This document shows positions 37,001 to 49,900 of a stretch of DNA of 64,000 nucleotides, one piece after another (the first letter of the stretch is position 1; each line of letters begins with the position of its first letter). The notes under the pieces are model-generated. The model ran no database searches and was not told where the DNA came from. It saw only the letters and a program-made list of their open reading frames with translations. The position numbers and the translations under genes are program-made. The DNA is from Mobula birostris (lineage: Eukaryota), in assembly GCF_030028105.1 (NCBI RefSeq), contig NC_092374.1, positions 178,708,057 to 178,772,056 of the forward strand, written 5' to 3'.

Positions 37001-40000
37001 ATGTGAGCAACTGTCTACACGGCAAGGTGGGAGGGGAAAGTTTAAAGAGATTCAATTTGTCATTAACGAATGGCAATGTTTCCCAATGTGCAGTGAAAAG
37101 CATTCGGATTGGTTACATCACAGCCGGTAAGTAAACTCCAAAGCTCTGAAAGACAAAAGGCTGCAGGGGTGCTGGGCTCAACCAGGCCCATCACAGGTAC
37201 AGCTCTCCCCATCGTTGAGGACATCTGCGAAAGGCAATTTCCCAAAAAGACAACATCCATCATCAGGAGCCACACCCTCCCTATCATCCAGGACATACTC
37301 TCTTCTTGATGCTACCACTAGGAAGGAGGGACAGAGGCCAAAGGACCAACACCTCAGGCTCCAACAAGAGCTCCATGCCCAATACCACCAGGTTCTTTAA
37401 CCAACCAGAAAAGCCTTAACGAGACCCTAGATTATATTCTTCGCTCTTAATCTTGCACAAATATTGTTACATTTATTTTGTTGTATACCTTTTTCCAATT
37501 TCCAATTAACCAATTTCCCCCGGGATCAATAAAGTATGATTACTACTACTAGAACTACGACTACTACTACTACTACTGCTACGACTACTACTACTTTGTA
37601 CATGTGCGGGTTGTACATATTTATTTAAAATTGACTCCATGCTAACATGTCCTGTAATATACCATGCTGCTGCTGTAAGATAGTAATTTTATGGCATTTG
37701 TACCCTGTGTATGTCAGCCTATGTTCAGAAATGAACTTGAGCTTGAACTTATGCGGAGTGCACAGTACAGAGATCACGTTGAAACACTGTGCAGTGCACA
37801 GTACTCTACATACAAAGCAGGGGGCACATTGAAGGACTCTGTCGACATGTGGGTCGGAGCAGGGGCTCACAGTGAGAGACTGCGCTGTACAGTCTGCGCT
37901 GAACCACGTCCACTGCAGAGAGTTACGGCGGAGAATTGTGAAAGCAACGTGTTTGTATTCAGTGTCAATAAGCACAGAGTGTGCAACACAGCAGTTCTGG
38001 TCACTCTGTGACGGTGAGGCTTTGGAGTAGGTGCAGAAGATGCTTACCAGATGCTGCCTGGATTAGACAGCATGTGCAATAACAAGTGATTTGACCAATT
38101 TGGGCTGCTTTCTCTGTTTCAAAGTTGACAGCTGGTATAATTTTACCCTCAGTTGAAATGTCTAATACAAGAGGGCATGGAAAAGGGGATATGTTCAATG
38201 GAGATGTGCAGGGTAAGTCTATTACAGAATGGCGGGTTCCTAAATTGTGCTTCCAGGGGTTGTGGTAGTAGCAGATACAAAGAAGGTGTTCAAGAAGCTT
38301 AGGCGAGCAGGACATGGACATTGTGTAGGCAGAAAGGATGAGATTAGTTTGGCATTTGATTATTAATACAATTAGTTCAGCAGAACATTTTGGGCCAAAG
38401 GGCCTGTTCCTGTGTTGTAGCGTTCTATGTTCTAATGCACAGAGTCCCCGCACCAAATTAGATCTGGAAAGCGTCATTGTGGCAGGTGACTAGATAAGAA
38501 CATGGACATCTTAGTTCCAACCATCCTAGACTGAAGCATCCCCAAGTCTGGAGTTGGGGAGTAGGCTTAGGATTAGGTTTTGAGCCAGGCAAAGCCTGTA
38601 TGGACAGTGGGTTTGATTTTCACTGTTTCTCTGAAGAGCTCATTGGGGAATGAGGACTGGATAATCAGTTTATTTTGAAGGGTCAGAACTTACCCAGATG
38701 ATTAGGATGGAATTCTTGTAATTGGAGTTAAGGAAGGTAGAGAGCAGAATGGAGATTTGAGAGATTTGAAAGAGTGAAGGACTTTAAACTTGATACAACA
38801 TAATCAGATTTAATAGAACATCAAAATATTGGCAATACGCAAGTCACTGTGATACTCAAAGGGTAGTGGAGATCAAAGACACTCAATACCGAATAAGGAT
38901 AATTGCTTCAGATATGTCGAGAGGAGCTCATGAAGCCGATCGGTTATTTCTTTCTGTTCTTTCCAGTAGTCGGTCGATAAGCCATCTGCGATCCACTGGT
39001 ACTTGACTTCTACTTCATGCAGTGTGCTGTCATAGTAGTCTATCTGCAAGTCATCGAGCATCCCAATCCTGAAGAAAGCTGGCATTTCAGGAATACTGAT
39101 GGATTGGAGGTAGTAATACATCAAGCTGTGTGAGCCTGAGTAAAAGGACAGAGAGAGAGGAGTGTCAGAAAACAACAAAGGATGCTCACAATTTATAAGG
39201 CACAACTCGGGAGTTTGATGACATACTCGCCACTTGAATGGATTAATACACATCCAAACAGACATCCTACTGGATCAGGCAGCACTCCCACCCCTCTTTA
39301 TTAGCTCCCCAAACACGAGCAACCAACACTATGAAAACTTGCTTCACTGCTCTGGCTATTTACAAAATCCTAAGCAGATACTCACTGAAGCCAATCCAAC
39401 AGAACGACCCAAACCCCAGCACGAAGGAGGTCAAGGGCAGCAGGGAAACAGGAGCACCAACTCCCACTATAGGGTTGCTTCTAAGTCAGAGGCAAACATA
39501 CTGGAACATAAGTCCACCATGATAGAGAGGAAACCAAGGTTCAAGGAGAAGCAGAAGACATTTCCGGGGCACCAGTGTAGAAATTCTCATCATCGCAGCA
39601 AAGGTGACAGAGAAAGAGGACGGAAAAGGGGTAGTGGAGTCCCACAAGAGGCAGAGTGGGAGGACGAAAAGTAAAGATAGCTGTTGGAGTCTGTAGGTTG
39701 AAAGGACATTTGTGAATGTAGTGAGGGTAGGAAAGACTTAGATATGCCTTGTGTAAGGAGGAGAAAAGGCTAAGAATTGGGAGCAAGGAAAATAATAATT
39801 TCCAGTTCTGTCTGAATGTGGGGAGCAGCACCAATGCAGTGATCAATGTCAAAGGAAAGGAGCTGAGTGATGTAGCCCAAGTGGGACTGAAAGTTAGCAG
39901 TCATTTCAAGAGGACTAGAATATAAAAGCAAATGTGTAATGTTCAGATTTCATGAAGCACTGGTGAGGCCTCATATGGAGTATTGTGAGCAATTCTGGGC

Positions 40001-43000
40001 CCCTTAGGAAGGATGTGCTGAAACTGGAGAGGGTTCAAAGAAGGTTCATGAAAATGATTCCAGGATTGAAAGCTTTGTCACATAAAGAGCATTTGTTGGT
40101 TCTGCGTCTGTATTCACTAGAATTCAGAAAAATGAGGTGGGACCTATTTGAAACCGGTCAAATTGTGAAAGCCCTTTATAGAGTGAATGTGGAGAGGATG
40201 TTTTCTATGGTGGGAGAGTTGAAGACCAGAGGACACAGTTTCAGAATAGAGGGGTGTCCATTTAGAACAGAGATGAGGAGGAATTTTTTTTAGCCTGAGA
40301 ATGGTGAATCTGTGGGATCCTTTGCCACAGGCAACTTAGCAGCAGTGGAGGCTAAGCCGTTATGTATATTTACAGCAGAGATTGAGAGATTCTTGACTGG
40401 TCAGGACATGGAGGGATACAGGGAGAAGGCAACAGATTGGAGCTGAGAGTAAAATTGGATGAAATGGCAGAGCCAACTTGATAGGCCAAATGGCCTAATT
40501 CTGCTCCTATATCTTATGGTCTTATGGTAACAAGACTGTTCCAGGTATCCAAGTGCAGAAGAGATTTTCCAGAATGCTTCCTGGATTAGAGGACATAAGA
40601 ATTGAACTGAATTGAATTGAATTGACTTTATTACTTACATCCTTCATATACAAGAGGAGTGAAAATCTTTACATTATGTCTCCGTTCAAGTGTGCAATGT
40701 AGAATTGTAGTAATTTATAATAAATATTATGTACAACAGGATAGTCAATATAACATAGAAATACAGTTGCATCAGCATGAACTAAGCAGTCTGATGGAAG
40801 AAGCTGTCCTGGAGCCTGTTGGTCCTGGCTCTTATGCTACAGTACCATTTCCCAGATGATAGCTGCCTGAACAGTTTGTGGTTGGGTTGACTCGGGTCTC
40901 CAATGATCCTTCAGACCCTTTTTACATACCTGTCCTTGTAAATATCCTCAATAGCGGGAAGATCACATCTGCAGATGTGCAGGGCTGTCCTCATCACTCT
41001 CTGCCGAGTCCTGCGATTAAGGGAAGTACAGTTCCCGTACCAGGAAATGATACAGCCAGTCATGATGCTCTCATTCGTGCCCCTGTAGAAAGTTCTTAGA
41101 ATTTGGAGAGGGGCCATACCAAACTTGTTCAACCGTCTGAGGTGAAGGAGATGCTGTTGTGCCTTTTTCACCACACAGCTGGTATGTTCAGACCATTTGA
41201 GATCCTCGGTGATGTGTATGCGGAGGAGGAGTTGTTCTCTGGAGTGACAGAAACTGAGGAAAGATCTGATAGACGTTTATAAGATTACGGGGGCATCCCA
41301 GGGTCAAGATATCTAACAGTAGAGGGCATATATTTCAAGTGAAAGGGAATAAATTCAGAGAATATTTGTAGGCCAATGTTTATTTAACAGAGTGGTAAGT
41401 GTCTGGAATCAGCTGTGAGGGCTGGTGGTGGAGGCAAATACAATAGAGGTATTTAAGAAACACTTAGAAAGGCTCATGAATTGCAGAGAATGGAAGGATA
41501 TGGACATTGGCAGAAGGGTTAAGATTAGTTAGGCATTTAGTTACCGGTTTAATTAATTTGGCACAACAACTTGGGCTGAAGGGCATATCCCAGTTTTGCA
41601 CTGCCCGGTGTTGTCATCTCAGAGAAAGATATCATAGGATTCCCCTGGTTGCTCTGATTTCCTCACACACCCCAGAGATGGGTGGATTGGTGGGCTAATT
41701 GGCTGCTGTAAATCACCCCTGAGGTGTGTGTGAGTGGTGGCATCTGGGAAGGTGTTGATGCGAATGAGGGAAGAATAAGATTAGATGAGTGTAAATGGGT
41801 GGTTGATGGACCCAGGAGGACTGTACTGACTCTGCAGGAGAATCACTTTCTTTAAAATCTTGACATTACTGACTAGCTGCATCAAAACCTGGGACAGAAT
41901 CTACAATAGACAGGAATACAAGAGCTCAGAGAATGGTGGTCACAGCCTGATCCACCATGGGCACATCCTACTCCAACACTAGCAGTATCTACAGGAGGCA
42001 CTGCTTCAAGAAGGCAGCATCTACCATCAAGGATTCCCACCATTCGCATCATGCAGTCTTCTTGCTGCTACTGTCGGGCAGGAGGGACGGAAGACTGACA
42101 TCCCACAACATCAGGTTCAGCAACAGCTACTTTCCTACAGACATCAGTTCTTGAACCAACCTGCACAATCCTAACCCTGCAACAGCAATGAAACACTACA
42201 GACTGCCTCTTGCACCTTTCAGACCATAAGACATAGGAGCAGAATTAGGCTAATCAGCCCGTCGAGACTGTTACGCATTCCATCATGGCTGAATCCAGGT
42301 CCCACTCAACCCCATACACCTGCAATTCTCATCATATCATGATCAACTTCCGCCTTAAATATATGCACTGACTTGGCAGTCCGTGGCAGAGCATTCCACA
42401 GATTTAACGCTCTCTGGCTAAAATAAATTGCTGCTTACTTCTGTTCCAAAGGGCCACCCCTCAATTTTGAGGCTGTGCTCTCTAGTTCTGGATACTCCAC
42501 CACTGGAAACATCCTCTCCACATCCACCCCAACAAGTCCTTTCAACATTCAGTAGGTTTTAATGAGATCACTCCACATTTTGCTGAGCTCCAGTGAGTAC
42601 AGGTCCAAAGCTGCCAAACACTTCTCATACATTAACCTCTTCATTCCCAGAATCATCCTCCTGAACCTCCTCTGTGCTATCTCCAATGATAACACATCCT
42701 TTCTGAGATATGCGGCTCAAAACTGTTCACAATGCTTTAAGTGTGGCTTGATTAGTGTCTTATTATTATCTCCTGGCTTTTCTTGAAAGATCATGTCCAA
42801 TGCATCTGTTATCTCTTCAGCAACCTCTCTCAAGATTCTGGGACATAGTCCATCTGGCTCAGGTGACTTATCCACCTTAAGACCTTTGAAGTTGGCTAGC
42901 ATTTTTTCCTTTGTAACAGCAAAACACCCACTCCTGCTCTCTGGCACTCACGGACCTCTGGCACACTGCTAGTGTCTTCCACAGTGAAGGCAGATGCAAA

Positions 43001-46000
43001 GTACCCATTAAGTTCCTTTGCCAATTCTTTGTCCCGCATTACTACCTCACCAGCATCATATTCCAGTGGTCTAATATCAACTCTCACTTCCCCTTTACTC
43101 TTTCTATAACTGAAAAAACTTTTGGTGTCCTGCTTCATATTATTGGCTAGTCAGTCCTCATATTTCATCCTTTCCCTTCTCATAGCCTTTTTAGCTACTT
43201 TTTGTTGAATTTTAAAAGCTTCCTAATCATCCAACTTCCCTCTCACATTTGTTACCTTATATGTCCTTTCCTTGACTTGTATGCAGTCCTTAGCTTTCTT
43301 TGTCAGCCACGGTTGCCTAGCCCTGCCATTTGAGAACTTCTTCCTCTGTGGCACATATCTATCCTGCACCTTGTGAACTATCCCCAGAAACTTCAGCCAC
43401 ATCTGCTGTCATCCCCACTAGTATTCTCCTTCAATCCACCTGGGCAAGCTCCTCTCTCATGCCTCTGTAATTCCCTTTATTCCATTGCGATACTGACGCA
43501 TGTGCGTTATGCTTCTCCCTCTCAAATTGCTGCATGAATTCCATCATATTTTGATTGTCTCCTACGGAATCCTTTATGTTAAGTGCCCTGATACGATCTG
43601 GGTTATTACAGTTTATCTGGAGATGTGAACTTCCCACTATTCAGGACATTTACAAAGACAGGTGTGTAAAAAGGGCCCGAAGGATCATTAGGGACCTGAG
43701 TCACCCCAACCACAAAATGTTCCAGCTGCTACCATCTGGGAAACGGTACCACAACATGAAAGCCAGGACCAAGAGGGACAGCTTCTTGCACTCGGCCATC
43801 AGACTGCTTAATTCATGCTGGCACAACTGAATTTCTATATTGTACATAGTATTTGTTATAAATTACTATAAATTATACATTGCACCTTTAGATGGAGACG
43901 AACGTAAAGATTACGAAGGATGTAAGTAATAAAGTCAATTCAGTTCAATTCAATACACAACACTCAATCTAAGATAGCCTTCCCCTGAGTGGGCTCAAGC
44001 ACAAGCATTCTCTGACCCTATGTCACCTCTTTCTAAAGATGTAATTCCATCTCTTACCAACAGAGCCACACCACTGCCTATGCCTTTTTGCCTGTTCTTT
44101 CCTTACAAAGTATATCCCTTGATGTTGAGGTCCCAAATTTGGCCTTTTTTCAGCCACAGTTCCGTGATCCCCACAATGTCACGCAGAAAAATCTCTAATT
44201 GCACCTCGAGTTCATCCACCTTATTCCAAATACAGCACCTTCAGTCCTGCATTCTTCACCCTTTTGAATTTTGCCTCTGTGGTACAACTTAACTCTTTGC
44301 TCTGTCTGCAATTGTACCCAATCATTGGCTTGTCCTTCCTTACATACATGTTACACCCATCATCTTCTTGTAAACCTGCTGGCTCATCCTCAGCTCTATC
44401 ATCCTGGTTCCCATCCCCCTGCTATATTCATTTAAACCACTCCCAACAGCTCCAGTAAATTTGTCCACAAGAATATTGGTCCCCCTTGGATTCAAATGCA
44501 ACCCATCCCTTTTTGTAAAGGTTTCACCTGCCCCAGAAGAAGGCCCTATTATCCAGAAATCTGAATCCCTCTCCCCTGCTCCAATTCTTCAGCCACACAT
44601 TTATCTACCACCTCATTCTATTCCTATCCTCACTGTCATGTAGAACAGGCAGCAATCCTGAGATTACTACTCTTGAGGTCCTGCTCCTCAGCTTCCTTCC
44701 TAACTCCCTATATTCTTTTTTACAGGACCTCGTCCCTTTTCCTTCCTATATCATTGATACCAATATGTAATGCGGCTTCTCTCCACTCACCCTCCCTTTT
44801 CAGGATATTGTGCACACGTCCAGAAACATCTCAGACCCTGGCACCTGGGAGCCAAACTACCATCTCTGTTTTCCCTTTTTGCATCCACAGAATCACCCAT
44901 CTGTCCCCCTGCCTACAGAATCTCCTATTACTGCTGCCACCCTCTTCAGTTCCGTACCCCTCTGAGCCACAGGGCCAGACTCAGTGCCAGAGGCACGGCC
45001 ACCGTTGCTTTCCCGTATACTATTGCAACCGGGCATCTCTGATTCTGATTTTTTTTTTGCTCTGATGTCTCAATCTGCAGTAATTTTTGTTCATTGACTT
45101 GCATAAACCTTGTGTAACTGTCATTGCGTGTGCCCTGAATATGCCTGCTTGTAATGCTGCTGCAAGCAAGGTTTTCATTTTATCCATGTCTAACCATTCT
45201 TATGCATATGACAATAAATTTGACTGAACGTGACCTCTCTGAACGTTCTAAATTCCCTGTTACCTAAGGTATCTGAAACTGAGCAATATTGTTCTTCGTG
45301 ATTTATTGCTTCCATTTTTCTGCTTCCTTTTTCATGGTATTTTCTGTAAGCAGCCGGTGCAGACACAGAACACTCTCCCATAGTCTGCCATGTGTAAACA
45401 TACTGACCAACCACCCCAACACCAGAGCTTTGACGAACTCGCCACTCATGTCCACTGGCAACGGCCTCCACTTCCCGCTGCATCATTTGGCATGAGCGGT
45501 GTTAACCTGGCGATTTTACAAAACCTCCCCGAAGTCCTTGTACATAGCATGCATCAATGTTCTGCCAGTCTATTACCACAGCAATCACCAAAACTTAGAG
45601 CCAACTCTTGATGCACTTTGTAAATAGAAAGAAAAAGTTCTGACAATAGTCATCAGGCCAGGCAGTATCTGGAGAAAAGAGGAACTGTTTATGTCTCAAG
45701 TTAAAGACGGAAAGCTCCGCAGTTCCGATAGCATGCAAGGACAGAGAAACAGGGCTAATGTTTAATGACCAAGGTGGAAATCTTGCAACAGTTCGGGTAG
45801 CATCTGTTGGGAGACAAAGAATGAATGTTTCAGATTCGGGAGCCTGAGTCAGAACGTGGAATGAGAGAAATCAAGTTAGTTTTTGTTAGCAGAGAAGTCA
45901 TTCACACATAAGGCACAGAAAGAGGCCACTCGGACCACTATGTGTGTACAAACCCTAGAGGAATGGGTGGAACAGGGGTGTTTCTCTGGTATTGTGAAAC

Positions 46001-46396
46001 AGACTGAACTAACGTGGCAGTTAAGGAATAGTTAAACTCAGATTAATTGCTTTAATGTGATGCCTCTGTTAAGATTGTGGGACTTTCCTCTTTGGGAACT
46101 GGCGATAGACCCCAAACTACCCACCGCTGAAACATATTCAAGGATCATTTTGTCCCGAGTTTATCGACTTCAGAAATTTCACAAGAGTGAAATCAGAACA
46201 CAGGAGTGCGATGAGTTCGTCCTCCCGCCAAATGGAGCAACTGCCAGGAACTCCAAAAGATTTAAAGGTGAATTTCCCGACACAACCCCCGACCATCGCC
46301 GTCACATACCCTCGCCTCACCTGCCTGTTGTCCCGCGACAGAGCAGAGAGATAACGCGGTGACAAGGAGCGATACCGCTCCGGTCCAGCTCTCCAT
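27947..46396 (-). CDS. Non-classical MHC class I-like heavy chain, locus B; join of 46396-46321, 39135-38890, 36775-36515, 30241-29966, 28023-27947; 311 aa
   Basis: Five exons joined by phase-1 introns give one open frame (76+246+261+276+77 = 936 nt): signal peptide, alpha1 (GSHSLMYYY...DYWKEQ), alpha2 (WGC...NNCTWYLQRAVQLGKEALERQ), Ig-C1 alpha3, hydrophobic tail, stop. Lineage (UBA/UCA/UDA/UEA or new) cannot be assigned without a search. Confidence 0.88.
29031..29074 (-). CDS. Candidate alternative exon in locus B intron 4: (D)VTEAVEQLVKEI**
   Basis: Acceptor ttccttctgctcaccag|AT, phase 1, 12 codons then TAG TAA; overlapping donor ATA|GTAAGA. Same layout as 11143-11186. Confidence 0.45.
29966..30241 (-). 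CDS. Locus B exon 4, Ig-C1 alpha3 domain
   Basis: Acceptor ttcttccccag|TT ACT CCA; 92 codons with LSC-ITPFYP-AI--TW, VLPNYNDTY and YACHVEHSSL; donor GAG|GTAGGT. Confidence 0.93.
30880..35750 (+). mobile_element. Stacked CR1 LINE remnants (SGNH-type ORF1, endonuclease, RT) spanning most of locus B intron 3
   Basis: IAVLMGNSIGRRTETKFCGH...VVCCLP; VTIVMGNFNMQVDWENQ; GCFSGWQSVVSGVPLESVLGLQLFMIYINDL. Confidence 0.85.
36515..36775 (-). CDS. Locus B exon 3, MHC class I alpha2 domain (absent from the ORF track)
   Basis: Acceptor taattttacag|GC TTC; open 87 codons GFSYIQALWGCTQSGDTVNAILKINVPDIGEFSCDLNTLKCTGTGFLAMFNDQLSQLSFTGVTALKNNCTWYLQRAVQLGKEALERQ with C101/C164 equivalents and Q96; phase-1 donor AAG|GCAAGT. 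Confidence 0.88.
37045..37600 (+). mobile_element. Rex1/Babar-like 3' fragment with a (CTA)n tail
   Basis: RPITGTALPIVEDICERQFPKKTTSIIR-HTLP; AATAAAGTATG followed by CTA repeats. Confidence 0.7.
38890..39135 (-). CDS. Locus B exon 2, MHC class I alpha1 domain
   Basis: Acceptor ctctctgtccttttactcag|GC TCA CAC; class I alpha1 motifs SHSL-YY, G-LDD-QIDYYDS and YW. The 3' end uses the phase-1 donor TCG|GTATTG, which is weak and therefore uncertain. An in-frame TGA at 38873-38875 limits the alternatives. Confidence 0.85.
39890..40530 (+). mobile_element. CR1 LINE 3' end
   Basis: RKDVLKLERVQRRFMKMIPGL...KTRGHSFRIEGCPFRTEMRRNFF. Confidence 0.88.
40590..41220 (-). mobile_element. Rex1/Babar-like 3' fragment
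   Basis: VKKAQQHLLHLRRLNKFGM...ESIMTGCIISWYGNC; (CAATT)n tail. Confidence 0.8.
42230..44690 (-). mobile_element. CR1 LINE remnant with a nested Rex1-like fragment (about 43615-43950)
   Basis: LKVDKSPEPDGLCPRILREVAEEI; DTKSFFSYRKSK; the nested piece reads CELPTIQDIYKDRCVKRARRIIRD. Confidence 0.8.
46321..46396 (-). CDS. Locus B exon 1, leader MESWTGAVSLLVTALSLCSVAGQQA(G)
   Basis: ATG at 46396, hydrophobic signal peptide, phase-1 donor CAG|GTGAGG, and clear homology to the locus A leader at 1160-1235. Confidence 0.88.
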
Positions 46397-46560
46397 TGCG
46401 ACAACTCCTCGCATCGACTGAATCCTGATCGTTAGTCAGTGAAGTGCTGAGGGTGGAGTGAGATTCACAGACGCGGCTTGGGGCAAACAGGTGCAGCCAG
46501 GAGTTGAAAATCCTTCTACAGAAATGGACTGTGTGGGCAGCGGAGTGTCGGCTGATCGCG

Positions 46561-46586
46561 GGAGGGAGCGGAGCCAAACCACTTCC
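46561..46586 (-). promoter_or_regulatory. Conserved upstream element with ETS-type GGAAGT core, locus B
   Basis: GGAAGTGGTTTGGCTCCGCTCCCTCC matches locus A 901-926 at 24/26 positions within more diverged flanks. Confidence 0.5.
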
Positions 46587-46939
46587 TGTTGTGTTGTAAC
46601 AGATCCGGCGAGAGGAGATTTCAGGAACCTCCGAACAGCCCGAGGGAAACTGCTCCGCACAAAACTTCTCCAATCACTGGGTAAAACAAAACTTACAGAA
46701 GAGCTGGACGGGTCAGGCGGCAGATGTGAAGGAAAATGCAGTGTCAACGCAAAACGTCCACTGTCCAGATCCCTCCGCAGCTGCGGCCTGACCCGCTGAT
46801 TCATAGTCATACTTCATGAAACAGGGCTGGTCAGGGAATGATCACAGAATAGTGTTCTTCGCTACTGGACAGGGAGTGGCCAGGTTCACTGAGAGAGCAC
46901 CTCAATTATTATAGTAGATCCCCCCACCCCAGGGTCTCA

Positions 46940-49900
46940 GAAGATTGTCAACAGTCTCTTACACCATCACCGACCTTATTAACTCTGGGGATCTCCCATC
47001 CACTGCCACCAACCTCATAGTTCCTGCCCCCGTACAACCCGTTTCTACCAACTGCCCAAGATCCACAACCCTGCCTGTCCAGGTAGACCTATTGTTTCTG
47101 CTAGTTCCTGCTCCACTGAACGTATATCTGCAGTCCTCTACTCAGTTTTATCCCCCCACCCCCACCCCCACCCCCACCCCGTTCAGTCTCTACCCACCTA
47201 CATCCTTGACACTTCACACCCTCTTGATCTTTTCAATAATTTCAAGTTCACTGGACCTGATCATCTTATTTTCACTATGGATGTCCAACCCCATACACCT
47301 CCACATCCCACTAGAATGGCCTCAAAGTTCTCCATTTCTTTCTGGACACCAGACCCAACCAGTTCCCCTCCATCACCACTCTCCTCCACCTAGTGAAACT
47401 GTTCCTCACTCTCAATAACTTCTCCTTCGGCTCCTCCCTTCAAGTAAAAGGTGTAGCATGGACACTTGTATGGCTGTCAGCTGTGCTTGCATTTCTGTTG
47501 GCTACGTGGAATAGTCTGTGTTCTAACCCAGTGGTCCCCAACCACCGGGCCGCGAGGAAACGATATGATTTGGCGATATGAGTCATCTGCACCTTTCCTC
47601 ATTCCCTCTCACGGCCACTGTTGAGTTTGAACGCACGCGAGGTCATTACCCGCGTGTCATCCATGTCAGCGCGCGAAGGAGATCAGCTCCTCGAACTTGC
47701 AAATGACGGCGGGCTGAAAAGTATATTTGACATAGCATCTCTGCCGGCATTCTGGATCAAAGTCAAGGCTGAATATCCTGAGATAGCCGCGAAAGCACTG
47801 AAAACGTTGCTTCCATTTCCAACATATCTTTGCAATGAATGCAACGAGAATTAAATTGCGGAATAGACTGGACATAAGGAACCCCCTTCGAGTATCACTG
47901 TCTCCCATCACTCCTCGATGGCACTGTCTTAATGCAGGGAAACAAGCCCAGGGCTCCCACTGATTCAGCGATATTGGTGTGTTGCAATGATTTTATGTGT
48001 TCATACGGGGAAAATATGTGCTGTGTGTTTAATGTCCAAACGTTACTTAAAATGTTATGATACTATTGACTTATATAACTATATAATAATTACAGCACGG
48101 AATCAGGCGATCTCAGCCCTTCTAGTCCATGCCGAACGCTACTCTCACCTAGTCCCACCGACCTGCACTCAGCCCATAACCCTCCATTCCTTTCCTGTCG
48201 ATATACCTGTCCAGTTTTTCTTTAAATGATAATATCGAATCTGCCTCTACCACTTCTACTGGAAGTTCGTTCAACACTTGCTTCAAGCTCCCCTGATAAT
48301 TGACTTATCTCTATATTCATGCGAGGAAAATATGCGCTGTGTGTTTAATATTAAATTCATAGAACATAGAACATTACAGCTCAGGAACAGGCCATTTAGC
48401 CCAGAATATTGTGCTGACCAGCTAAAAAATCAAAAACACCCAAACACTATTCCTTCCTACCTACACCATGTCCATACCCGTCCATCTTCCTCACATCCAT
48501 GTGACTATTCAAACATCTCTTAAAAGCCTCTAATGCATTTGCCTCCACCACCATACCAGGCAGTGTCGTCCACACATCCACCACTCTCTGAGTAAAAACT
48601 TACCCCTCGCATCCCCCTCTTACTTTCAGTGCATGCCCTCTGAGATCACAAAATGTAGGGAACTGAAGGATCTGGATGTCTCGTGAACCGGCCACAGCGC
48701 CCACGAGATAATTCGTTAGATAAACCCTTTTAGAAACGAAATTGAGTGTATTAACCAAATATCACCTATATTCCGATCGTGATTAACACCCCCCAACCTC
48801 CAAACAGAATCGCCAAAAACGATTTGTAGGAGAAAAGAAATCAGCACATATACGCATGCGCACTGGTGCCCGCGCAAGGCTTCATGGTCATTGTAGTCTC
48901 TCAGGGTAAACGCAACGTATTTGACTGCTACTCTTGTCCGTTGGCAACGCTACCCACCCTCCCCCCCCCCACCCCCCCGCCGGGGGTCGGCCAGTCCGCA
49001 AGAATATTGTAAGTAATAAACCGGTCCGTGTTGCAAAAAAGGTTGGGGACCCCTGTTCTAACCCTACACTGGTATCACACCCAAACTTTTCCTACACTAC
49101 ATCAAGGACTGCACTGGTTCTGCTTCCTACACCCATGTGGAGCTTGTCAACTTCATCAACTTTGCCTCCAGTTTCCACCCTCAGAGTTACTTGGTCCATT
49201 TCTGACACCTCCCTTCACTTTTTCAATCTCACTGTCTCTATCTCTGGAGACAGCTTATCTACTGATATCTTTTATAAACCCACTGACCCTCACAGCTATC
49301 TGGACTCCTCCCACCCTGTTACTTGTAAAAATGCCACCCCCTTCTCTCAATTCCTTCATCTCCGCCACATCTACTTTCAGGATAAAGCTTTTCATTCTAG
49401 GACTAAAGAAATGTCCTCCTTCTTCAAAGAAAGGGGCTTCCCTTCCTCCACCAACAATGCTGCCCTCAACTGCATCTCTTCTATTTCACACACGACTACT
49501 CTCACCCCATCCTCCCACCACCCCAGCCAAGGTTCCTCTTGTCCTCAGCTACCACCTCACCTGCCTCTGCGTTTAGCACATAATTCTCCATAACTTCTGC
49601 CACCTCCAACAGGATCCCACCACCAAACACATTTTCCCTCCCCACCACCCCCCACCACACTTTCTGCGTTCTACAGGAATTTCTCCCTACATGACTCTCT
49701 TGTCCATTTGTTCCTCCTCACTGATCTCCCTTCTGGCATTATCCTTGCAAGCAGAACAAGTGTTACACCTGCTCCTACACCTCCGCCCTCACTACCATTC
49801 AGAGCCCCAAACAGTCCTTCCAAGTGAGACGATATTTCACTTATGAGTCTGTTGGGGTCATCTACTGTTTCTGGTGCTCCAGGTGTGTGGCCTCCTGTAT

